Source: Felis catus (lineage: Eukaryota). Taken from it: DNA of 64,000 nucleotides. Positions within the stretch are counted from its first letter, which is position 1, and each line of letters starts with the position of its first letter. The translations under genes and the position numbers were made by a program. Of this stretch, positions 36,584-47,800 are shown piece by piece. The notes below the pieces were generated by a model. The model worked only from the letters and a program-made list of their open reading frames with translations, was not told the origin of the DNA and searched no databases. The stretch spans positions 12,030,001 through 12,094,000 of the forward strand of contig NC_058369.1 of assembly GCF_018350175.1 (NCBI RefSeq). Direction: 5' to 3'.

Positions 36584-37237
36584 GCAAAAAATAGTTATTA
36601 AATAGAAGTCTGAGTGTCTTAATTATAAGCGGTTTGACTGTCACTAGAAATGCTGCTTTTGGGATTTATTGCACATAAAGAATGTGCATGCTGCAAAATG
36701 ACCATTCACCCTCGCTTTGGAAAAAAGTAGATGACCTGTTTTTCTCACCTGTGGTATATAGCCCCCCATCCCGCCGAGAGGTAATAGACTCTCGTTAGCA
36801 GTGGCTCTTTTGGGTAGGTTCCCCCATTGCCTCGCAGAAAGGCACTTTGAGGCCTTTTCCATCCCTGAGCCAGCAGTTGGGGTTTGTGAGCGTGATGTGC
36901 TGTGAAAAGCACGTGTCAGGATGGTGGAATATAGATATTCCACCTCCCTGCCTACCCAGTCTAAAGCTGAATGACCTCAAATGGCAGGATTTCTCTTCTG
37001 TGTATTGACTGCTCGTTTGGACGGTTCTGTGCCGTGTGGTGTGGTTCACTTGTGTAGCTACGTTGACTTGCCTGGGGCCAGAAAGTCCAAGGTGGCATCT
37101 CATCCTCCCGAACCTTTCTCTGTGTTGTTTATTCCTTTGGCCAACACAAGTCACATTGCCAAACCCAATCTGGGAGAGAACTCTGGGCATGGACACCAGG
37201 AGATGTGGTTTATTGGGGGCCATCACTGCTAGTCTAG

Positions 37238-37380
37238 CACAGTTTCTCAAGCTCTTCTGGATGTTAGACTCTCCCGGAGCATTAAGAACCTCTGATGCTG
37301 GCTGGGGTGGTTCAGTCACTGAGAATTTTCAGAGCTCCTCAGACGATCCTAATGGGCAGGAAAGTCTGAGAAACCCTGAA
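37238..37380. mobile_element. MER5-like hAT-Charlie fragment
   Basis: cagtttctcaagct ... ctgagaaaccctg termini. Confidence 0.5.
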
Positions 37381-38419
37381 CTACCACAATGGGTATGATC
37401 TTTTTTGAGATGGTGCAGAGGTCAAATCTGGCTTACACATTAAATGTAAATACCAAGGATGAAATTCAGGTAGGACCTGAATTCCCCCACGTGTGGAAAA
37501 AGGTGGTTACGTGTAACTTAGGTGTAGGGTGTGCTTACCGTGATGGTACTCTTTGTACCTGAGAGTTTGTTTTTTCAGAAGGCTTTTGTCCAGTCTGTTC
37601 CTCCCAGTCCCCCACAATACTGATTTTAAACATCTAAACAAAATGCCCAGAGCAAGCCTGAAAGGAAATGCTCCATGATAAGAGGGGTCACCTCTCCTGG
37701 GTGATTTTTCTTTTTGTCTTTCTTTTTGGGTGCAGTATGAGGCTAGGGTGTTTTACGAGACAATTGTCAAAAACCCTCTCCTGGCCATTTTGTGCAAGAA
37801 TGCTTCCAGCCCAGGATTTACGTAGTAGTCATTAAATATTCCAGTTTTCCCCTCTGGATTTTCTTGCACTTTATCCTAAGCAGAGGATATGTTGGCAAAA
37901 GCCATCTTTCAAAACCCAAAGGAGATAGGAGGGAAGATTAAAAATCAGGCAGGCAGCCTGAGTAAATGGTTCTGATACTGCAGGGTTGGGATTCCCAGAG
38001 CAAGTGATGGATGGTTCCGTAGGACAAAATGCAGGCATTTTGCCACAGCCTGAGTGTTCATAAAAGTGATGAGATACTCGATTAATCAGGGGTCACAGTT
38101 TGCATCACCCACTGCGGTCACTAACTACAGAAATGAAATATGTGCTTTTCGCCTAGGTTCGGTGGGGCGTGGTTTTCAGATCATTCCAGGCAATAAACAA
38201 GCTCTGATGAGTGTTCACACTGACAGGTGACAGGTCGTGACCCTTGGTAAGACTTGATTGCTATTCAGAGTTTGTTTGACCTCTTTTCAAGGTAACATCC
38301 ACCTTACCCTCCCCTATAAAGCATATTACAGTTGGTAACTGTATTTGTTTCCTAGACTCCCCCACCAGGCTAGGAGTTTCATGGGGCTGGACCCCAGGTG
38401 GGGTTCCACCGACGGTATG

Positions 38420-38798
38420 TCACCTAACTTGGCCAATGAAGGCGGGGCGGGGTTTCCAGCTGCCCTGGCTTGTCTCCCAGCCTGGCAGCCAGAGGGCCTC
38501 CTTTCAATCAGCCCCGCCTGGCGCCGCCCAGGCCCGCCCCTCTGGGCCTTACTTCCGGGATGCTTGAGGCCGGAGCGGGAAATAAGGGCACATCGGACGT
38601 ACTGCGCCTGCGCGTACCCGCCTCGCGCCTGCGCCTTCCTGGCAGCCCCTCCCCGGCCGGACATAACGGTTCGCGCGCGGCTTCCCGGGCCGGAAGTGGA
38701 GGGGAACTGTCGCGGGGCACGCCCGGCCTTGCTCAACGCCCGGCAGTCCCCGCGGTCGCCGCCGCCCTCGGCAGTTGCCGAGGCTTCCCGCAGCCGTC
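38420..38798 (+). promoter_or_regulatory. AP1M1: AP1M1 CpG-island promoter / 5' UTR
   Basis: CCAAT 38433-38437, GC box 38444-38452, ETS ACTTCCGG 38551-38558 and CCGGAAGT 38690-38697, two NRF1-like GCGCCTGCGC (38604-38613, 38625-38634). Confidence 0.82.
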
Positions 38799-38840
38799 AT
38801 GTCCGCCAGCGCCGTCTACGTGCTGGACCTAAAGGGCAAG
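38799..38840 (+). CDS. AP1M1: AP1M1 exon 1 (coding part)
   Basis: MSASAVYVLDLKGK |gtacag. Confidence 0.96.
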
Positions 38841-41800
38841 GTACAGATGGCTCCGCACCCTCCCCGTTGCCAGGCAACCGGCGGGGCCTCGCCCCTGGGT
38901 GGGGGGGTGAGACCCATCCTGTTGCTTGGTAACCGGCCAATGGGACCCACCCTAGTCTTAGGCAGGGAGGCCTGTAGACCTCACCTGAGGCCCCCACCCT
39001 GTTGCTAGGGTACCAGGCGGGGGCTTGGATCCACGAGCCCCGCCCTGTTGCTAGGTAACGCAGCTGCACTGACCCCCCCCGCCCCCCCACCATGGGCCGG
39101 GTTCTCAAGCCTCCGTGGGGGCATCCGGGAACCCGAGGCGGCGGGGAGAGCGGCCCGCCTCAGGCTTCGAAGCCAGGACTGGCTCTCAGGTGCCGTGCGA
39201 CCCTTGGCCCAAGGTGGTGAGGCGTGTCGGGGACAGTGTGCCCTCGGGCCAGCCCTGCCCCCTGTTTATCCTTCGACTTTTCTTTGCCAGTCCCTGTAAA
39301 AATTTCTTAACGTTCAGTGTGACACCGAGTTACGAGGGTTGAGTGAAGTGGGTGATGGGAGGGTCATTTTACAGAGGGAGAAACTGAGGCACACAGGTGT
39401 GCAACTTGCCCCAGGTCACACCAGTTACAGAGTGGCAGGTCTAGGAGTCGGCTGGTATTTGGGGGGCACCTGCCAAGTGCCATACAGGGTGTTTAGGCTT
39501 GGGCTGCTTTTGGTGAGCAAAATCGGAGTTGTCCTTGTCTTTCTGGAGCTCACAGTCTGGTGGGAGAAAGGGACACTGATCTCACAAAGTACAAATCAAT
39601 GTTGGGTGCAGTGATGAAGCAGTGAGGATGTAATAGGACACTGTGCCGGGCTGGGGGTCAGGGAGGGCTTCCGGGAAGGAGGGACAAATCTGGCTGAGAC
39701 CTGAAGGAAGAGGTGGGCAATTTAATTAGGACCCAAGTGCCATTCCCAGGGGAATCTGGGAAAACCTCTTAGAGGAGGGATCTCCAAGCCTTTCACAGTG
39801 GGCTGCTGCTTTTTCCCTCGGTCCGTCCAGTCTGGAAGGCAAGTGAGTATTGGGCTCTTGTATCTGGGAGTTACAGGAACAGTACAATGTTAACCAAGCC
39901 CCGCGTGGATCAGAGAGAGAGAGAGAGGGGTGGGTGTCAGGCCTTGGTGGGGCAGGCAAGAGTTAGCTCAGAAGCCGTGGGGAGTGAAGAGGTGAAGTGG
40001 CTATCCCTTCCTGCTCCCCTCCCGGAGTCCCTGGCTCTAGAACTTTCCAGGAGTCCCTTGAGTGGGTTGCCTGCCCTGGATGCCACCCAAAGTCAACAGC
40101 TAGTGAGGCCCGGTGCTGGGCTCCCTTCCTCAGGCCTCAGGCAAGGGATCAGTCACAGGGCACACCAGGGGCTGGGTGGGTGCAGCGTTCCCAGAGCCCT
40201 TGTGGCACGTGTTCTTGCTCCCGTCCTGGCCACTGGGTCCCCAGAGTTCCCAGAGGCTGCCTTCTCTCAGATCACTCATTCAGCAAACATTTCCCGAGCA
40301 CCTAGCATGCCACCAAGCCCAGTGCTGCCTATCTCACCATGACTGTGGAGTTAGGGCTGAGTTCAAAACCCACCTCTGCTGTTCAGCTGTGTAACCCCAG
40401 GCAAAGTAACTTCTCTCTGCGCCTTGTTTCCATCATTGCTCACCCGAGGCTTTTAGGGTGTTGTTGTGCGGGCTCTCTGAGCAGACGCTTAAGACAGGCT
40501 CAGCACCCCCCATGGCCCACAGTCCTGCTTAACCCCATCGAGGGCCTTGAGGTGGGGAGACACATGGAAGCTGATGGATCCAGGTGGTCAGATCTAGGTA
40601 GCTGCAAGGGCATGGACAAGGCCCTCGGTAATATGGTTGCCAACCTCGATTTTGGCTGCAGAAGTAGTTACAGAAGGCCACCTGGAGGAGGGAGGTGCCA
40701 TAGGACCAGGTGACAGTCAGCTGGACAAGGAGTCACCGCAGTCGGCCTGAAGAGTCAGGGGCAGCCTGCTGGGGCTGGCGGGCCAGCAGCCCTGGGGAAG
40801 GCTGGAGCCTGGAGGGTGGCACCGGTGTGGCCGTGGGTGGTCGAGGATGTCCAGATGGGCGTGAGGAGCAGAGGGGACTGCTCTGATCCCAGGAAGGAGG
40901 AGCCGCTGGAGGAGATTGAAGCCTCGGAGGGGCATGATCGGACCTGCCTGTTGGGAGGCTCCCAGGGCAGCCGCAGGCTTGCCTCCCGCTCTCAACAGCC
41001 ATCGTGCCATTTGTTACTCCATGCCCTTGGACCTCGGGTCTCGAAAGGACCTTTTGTGCGGACCGTTTTTAGCAAAACATAAGGTAAGGCACATTAGGAA
41101 ATTCACGACAACACGTCTGTCTGCCAGCCGCCCGGAACCTCTGAGCGCAAGGAAACCAGCATGGCCACATTTGGCTGCTAGAAGGCCGTCCGTGGACGCT
41201 TCTTGGCCCTTATCTTTCTTGTTTCTCTGCAGTTTCTGACATCACAACCACACTCCTCAGCGGGCGTCCGTTGGCCTCTGAGTGGCCGCTCTCTCTCGTT
41301 TTGCCCATTTCTGTCGAGTCTCCTGGCCCCTCCCCTTGGATGTCGGCCCCTCCTGCTCGGGCCTGGGCGGCCCCCTGACACTGCCCCTCTCTTCGGGTCT
41401 GCCTCGATTCTCGCCAGTGTGCCAGTGACTCGATGTGTGCCGCATCCCAGAGGATTGCTCTAGAGATGCATTGTTCCCTGGGACACCTCGGAGGTCCTAC
41501 AGCTGCCACAAACCTGGCCTTTGCCCTGAACTCTCTCCCCAGACCTGCTCTCTCTCACCTGCTCTCTCTCCACCGCAGACCTGCTCTCTCCCACCTCACT
41601 GAGCGACACCGCCATCCATGCGACTGTCTCATTGGAGACCTGGGCATTATCCTGGCCTCCGTCCTCTCCTCACCTTCGTGTTCACTCCACGGACATTTCC
41701 TGAGCACCCACTGGGGTCAAGCTCTGTTGTGGGCTCTGGGACACAGCCGTGAATGAGATGGAAGTGGTCACTGTTCTCAGGGAGTGTTAGACTCTGGTGG

Positions 41801-44800
41801 AAGGGACAGACCGTAAAGGACGATAGGGGTTATAGTGCAGCAGTGTAGTGGGCAGTGAAGGAAAAGTGGACAGGTTATGACCTTTCAGGCAGGGCAAGCA
41901 GGGAAGACTTCTTGGAGGAGGTGCCATCTTTGGTGAGGCTTGAGAAATTAGAAGAGGCCCAGGCATCCTGGACAGAGAGAACTGTAAGTGCAAAGGCCTC
42001 GAGGCAGGAGTAGATGTGGATGGCTCAGAGAGCAGCTGGGGGACCAGGATGGCCGGAATGGAGTGAGCTGGGGTGGGGGCAGAGGGGTGAGATGGACAGA
42101 GCAGCCGTGGGGATAGAGGTTTGTCACCTCAGCATTGCCTGTCTCCCTTCAACCTGTCCTCTGCTCTCTCACCTGGGGCCTGCGGCCCAGGCTCCAAGAC
42201 CGTCCTCACGCCCCCCCCCCAACCAGTGCTCCAAGGTCTCCCCCTGGACTGCACCCCTGTTCTGTCCCGCGGCTTCAGCCACCGCCGTCCCTCTGCCTGT
42301 GTAGCACCTGTCCCTTCAGGCCTCAGTGTGAAGGTCACACCCTTGGGAGGCTCTCAGCTTCTCCTAAGTCGGCGTCCCAGTTCAGAGACCCTGTTTGTTT
42401 TGGTCACCTCTGGTCCCCGGGCCCAGCATGGTGTGCGGCAGAGGGGACCGCGGTGTGTGCTGGGTGGGTGAGTGGACCTCTCCGGAGCCCTGGACACGAA
42501 GGCAAGCAAAACAAATGCTTCCTCTTTCCTTTGAGCACTAGGGGCCTTGAGGCTCCCTGCCAGCGGCAGTCCCCAAAGTCATATACCTGAGAAGGAAGGT
42601 GGGGCCTTGGGAAGCCCAGGAGAGCAGTGTTAGGGAGCAGAAGGGGCCGTGCGGGGGGTGAGAACTGGTTAGGATCTGGACTCAGCTTTGCTGCCTGTGA
42701 CCTCAGGCGGCTGGCTGGTGCCAGAGTTCTAGGCATCACTGGGCATCTCTGTAAAAATAGTGGCCCCGCCTCGTGGCCGGTCAGTATAGATTCTGGGCAA
42801 GGAGCACAGGAGAGGGGACATGGGAGTCCCTCAGTCCGGGCCTGGCTGTCCCACTGGGTGCCTAAGAGGCCCTAAGCGGCCTTGTGAACCTCAGCAGGAA
42901 AAGGGCACGGACCACGAAAGAGAAGCCAGGAAGGAGGTTCTCGTTTTGATTCTCTCCTTCTCTCCTGGCTTGAAACAATGACGACCATGGATTTTACAAA
43001 AGCCCAGGTTGTGACGCAGGCGGCTCCCAGCTTGGTCAGCTCAGCAAGGCCGATCTCCGCACGCACGTAGCCGGGCCCTGCAGCTGCTGCCCACATGAGC
43101 TCACGAGAGCGGCGGCGGCTGTAGGCGGCGTCTCCAGATGGAGCCTTGCTCAGCCTGGCGGAGCTTCAGGCTGCTTCCTTGTTCCTTCAGGGAGGCGTGA
43201 TGGACGTGTACCCAGCTGCGTTTATTCCAGCGCACAGCGTGGTGCGTTCGGTCATCGTATATACCCAGGAAGCCAGAAGCACACACCCTGTCACCCCCTA
43301 AAGCTTCCTCACGCCCCTTGTGTCCAGCCCATTCCCAGAAAGCCACCGGTTTTCTGTCACCGTCAGTGACGGTTTTATGTAAGTGGGTTTTATGTGGGAC
43401 AGGATATGGGACTTGCCGTCTGTTGTCTGGTGGCTCACCTGGCCCAGGGGTCTTGATAGACCCTCATGCTGTGGCTCGAGTCAGTGGTCTTTCCTTCTTG
43501 TGGCTGAGTTGCGTTCCAGGATGGACACAGTTCTTGTTTCTGGTCGCCTGTTGAAGAACATTGGTGCTCACTCTAGTCTGGATCCGTCGATCGATCTGTT
43601 TATCTATTTATAAAGTTTATTTAATTATTTGGAGAGAGAGAGAGCGTGCGTGTGCATGAGCTGGGAAGGGGCAGAGAGAGAGGGAGACGGAGAAGATCCC
43701 AAGCAGGCTCAGCGTTGTCAGCACAGAGCCCAACGAGGGGCTCGAGCTCACTAACCATAAGATTATGACTTGGGCGAAAATCAAGAGCTGGACACTCAAC
43801 TGACCGAGCCACCCAGGCGCCCCCAGTCTCTGGGTCTATTTAAAAATTTTTTTTTTCAGCGTTTTTTTATTTATTTTTGGGACAGAGAGAGACAGAGCAT
43901 GAACGGGGGAGGGGCAGAGAGAGAGGGAGACACAGAATCGGAAACAGGCTCCAGGCTCCGAGCCATCAGCCCAGAGCCCGACGCGGGGCTCGAACTCACG
44001 GACCGCGAGATCGTGACCTGGCTGAAGTCGGACGCTTAACCGACTGCGCCACCCAGGCGTCCCTCTGGGTCTATTTAAAATAAAGTCACAGCAAACGTTT
44101 GTGTGCGAGTCTTGGCCACAGATGGCTTTTAGTGGATGTGAACACTCAGCAGTGTCCCCTGATTGGGTACCCTGACACAGGCAGAAGAGCAGAGTGCATT
44201 AGCGTAGGAAAGGCTCTGAGAAGGTCTGCAGTGAGAACCTACAGGATGTTGTTTTCACCTGGCATCTCCCAGTTGACTGAGTTCTGGACTGCGACCTCGT
44301 ATTGCTTTCCCCTGCGAGGAACCCAGTTGGCCCCTGTGGAGTTCACTCTGGGAAATGCGCTCCTTGAGGGATTCCCTGGGGGATAGAGGTCAGCGCGGCC
44401 TGGAGTCTCTGATGGCCAGGGGCGTGAGTTGCGGCAAGGGAGGTTGGCGTGTCTCACGCCCCACCGCACGCATCTGGCTGTGGGCCTCCAGATGGAAGCA
44501 GCCTCACCTCCCACCCCCGCCTAGGTGCTCATCTGCCGGAACTACCGTGGCGACGTGGACATGTCCGAGGTGGAGCACTTCATGCCCATCCTGATGGAGA
44601 AGGAGGAGGAAGGGATGCTGTCGCCCATCCTGGCCCACGGGGGAGTCCGCTTCATGTGGATCAAGCACAACAACCTGTATCGTATCCCTTTGCGGGGGAG
44701 CTCCCGGGGGCCTCCTGCGCGGGTGTGTGCGTGTGCGCGTGTGTGGGCCCGCAGGCAACCGAGAGTGGCCGGCACCTCGCCCGGGGCTGGCTCGGGCACA

Positions 44801-47800
44801 GCAAGGGCCGTCGGGCACACCCTCCCGGAGCTCCCTGAGGCCTGAAGAGATGAGCGGAGAACACGGTGGCAAGTGTGCCGGGAGCTGGGCGAGGAGAGGG
44901 TGTGGCAGGGGACCTCATCTAGTCTGGGGACCCAGGAAGGCTTCCCTGAGGAGGTGACATCCAGAGGAGCCCTGCAGGAAGGCCAGGTGTCCACCATCCA
45001 GAGCAGTGGGCAGACGCCAGGAGCGATAGACCTGGGCAGAGGCTCTGCAGAAGGAACAAGCTCATTCTGGAAGCTGCAGGAGGGGTGGCGAGAACACCGG
45101 GAAGGGGTATGTAGTGGGAGCAGGCCCAAGTGGTCAGCAACGCTGCGGGGTCTCGAGGGACGTCACCGTAGATGTGATGGGAAGCCTTCTGGGGGTTTTA
45201 GGGGGTGGGGGGTGGGGTGACACAAAATCAGATTTGCATTTTCTGAAGGTTTCTGGCCGCTGAGCAGAGGCCAAGCTGCAGGGAAGCCGGAGTGGATGTG
45301 GGGAGGGGGAGGGGGCCAGAAAACCCCGGTCGGACTGCAGTGGAGGTGCAGGACCTGCTACCATCCTGTCTGGGTCCCTGAGGTCCAGCTCCTGCCCCGC
45401 CTCTGTTTCTCCCTCACCTCTCTGGAGGGCCCCGGGGGCTGCTCGCAGAGTACTCAGAGAGAGTACCGCAGGTGGCTTGGAACCCGGAAGCTGGACGACG
45501 GTGAAGATGCCCGGGTCTGGGTGGGGGGGTGCCCAGGTGCGGGGGTGGGAGCGGGGGTGTGAGCCCAGTGGGAGCTGTCAGACCAGTTTCCGGTTGGGCC
45601 CTGGCTCCACGTGTGGGCAGCGGGGAGGAGACAGCGGTGGCTCACCCCTCCGGGTGCCGCTGCCTGGCGCCCCCAGCGCCCCCGGCCTCCCCGGCCTGTC
45701 GCTAGTTCTGCTGTCCGGTGACGGTCTCCGGCCGGCCCAGCCTTGCGGTGCCCACTGGTCCCCCTTAGCACCCGAAGGCATGTGACCTGGGCTGGAGGCC
45801 CAGCACCTGATACGTGGGTCCCGGCTCCTGGCAGGAAGTGAGGTGGACGTGGCCCCTGCTGTCCCTGTCACCTGCAGCTCCCAGCTCAGCCCTGGGGCCG
45901 GGTGGCCCAGGCGTGTCATGAACGGCCACGGCCAGGGCGCAGCCCCTGTGCCTGCGGGGGAGGAACCGGCCTCCCCGGGGGGCTCGAGGCCCTTGAGGGA
46001 AAGAGCAGGGAGTGTCCAGGACATGCTGCCCCGTGATGACGTCGGAGGGGCGTCTGTGCCACGCACTTCGCACACGTTGCCTCAGCGACTCTGCTGCCGG
46101 GCGCCCATCAAGCAAGTGAGAAAATGGGGCTCCGTTAAAAAGGTTTGCTTTAGGGGCCAAGGCTTGCAGGAAGGGCCAGACCCAGCGTCGGCCCTGGCTG
46201 CCTCCTCTGGAGCCTGCAGTCCTGCCTTCTGCTCCCGGAATGAGCCGCACGCTGCCTGCCCACCCTGGGCTAGAGCTCTCAGCGCAGATATCACCTCCTC
46301 GGGGCAGCCCCCACCCCGCCCCAGCAGCTGGGGCGGGCTCTCGGTGCCCCCTGCTGCCTCTCTGTCATCGAGCGCTTCCTGGGGTTTGGGACCGTGTCTG
46401 GCGACTATCTGTCCCGGGCCTGGCTCCGGTCCAGTAGCCCACTGAAGGCCTGGTGAATGGCCAGGGGTTGGGTAGAGGGAGGTTCTGAGCCGGCGGTGGG
46501 GGTGGGGTGGGGGTGGGGGTCCTTCCGAGACGCGGGGTGAGTCGGGGTCTGTGAGGCAGCAGTCTGGGCCTCTGAACTCTCCTTAACCGTGGCCGCCATG
46601 CAGTGGTTGCTACCTCCAAGAAGAACGCATGTGTGTCGCTGGTGTTCTCCTTCCTTTATAAGGTGGTGCAGGTGAGTTGACCCGGGGAGGGGTGTCAGTC
46701 GCCCTGGCTTTGCTGTGTGCTCGAGGGCTGGAGCACTCCTGGGGAGTTCCGGGGCTGGAACCCCAGGGAATGGGAAGGGGAGCTCCAGCTGCCCTGTGTG
46801 TGGGACTTCATGGCCTTAGTGTCCCTCTGCCCTGACGAGGGGAGGAAAGTGAGCAGGAGGTGGAGCTCAGGGCAGGTCGGTGCGCCCGGGCCTCAGGAGG
46901 GACAGGTACGCCCCACAGCTGGCTGTGGGAGGGTGGAGGGTGGCCCGCTGAGAGGCCGAGTTTAGGGAGGTAGGCTAGCCGGGAGGAGGGCAGAGCAGCC
47001 AGTTCTGCGCAGAGGTGGGGAGGCGCGAGAGCAGCACAGGCAGAGGCCCTGGGGCCACAGTGCGTGTGGTCCGGTCGGGAGCATCGGGCTGGCCAGTGTT
47101 CCTGGGGCCCGTGGGGGGCTGCGATCAGCAAGGTGGGGGTGGGGCTGGGCTGCAGGGTTGGGGGCAAACAGGACTTAGTGAGGAGTTTTGATTTCGTTCC
47201 TGGCAAGAGATGGCGGGCGACTTTAAGCCGGGGACTGATGAGACCTGATTGGAGTTGAGATCGGCTCCGTGGCTGCTAAGTGGAGGAAAACTTGAAGGCA
47301 ACAAGGAGGCCAGCGAGGAGGTTGCTGCAGGCTTCCAGAGCAGAAATGGAGGGACCGGGCTGGGGCAGGAGCCGTGGGGTTGAGGGAAGTGGAGAATCGG
47401 ACCCGGGAGGCCTGCGGTGAGCCCTCAGGTGGTACCACGTGCAGCTAGCTCAGGAGTCACTGGTGCTGAACACAGGGGGACTGGTCTGGGCTGTGGAGAC
47501 ATGGGGGCGGGAGAGTATGTGTCCCCCTGGGAAGCCCTGAGTGCAGGCTGAGGAGTAGGCTTTCGTGCCAGGGCGGTGGCCCTGTCGCAGGAGTAAAGAG
47601 GGGCACCGGCGGTCCGAGAGGGTGGGAAGAACGTTCTCCTTCCTGCCGTGTCTGGCATTTCCTGTGACTTTCCTTCGGTGCATATGCTAACGAAACTTTT
47701 CTCCCTTCCCTTGTTCGGTCGACTTAATTTTCTGTTGAACTTGAGGACATGTGTCCGTGGCCCAGGGGGCTCGGAAGAGTCCGGAAGAGCCACTGGTTCT

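Noticed and set aside
38326..38932. Long overlapping ORFs across the AP1M1 promoter
   Set aside because: Stop-codon depletion typical of a CpG island.
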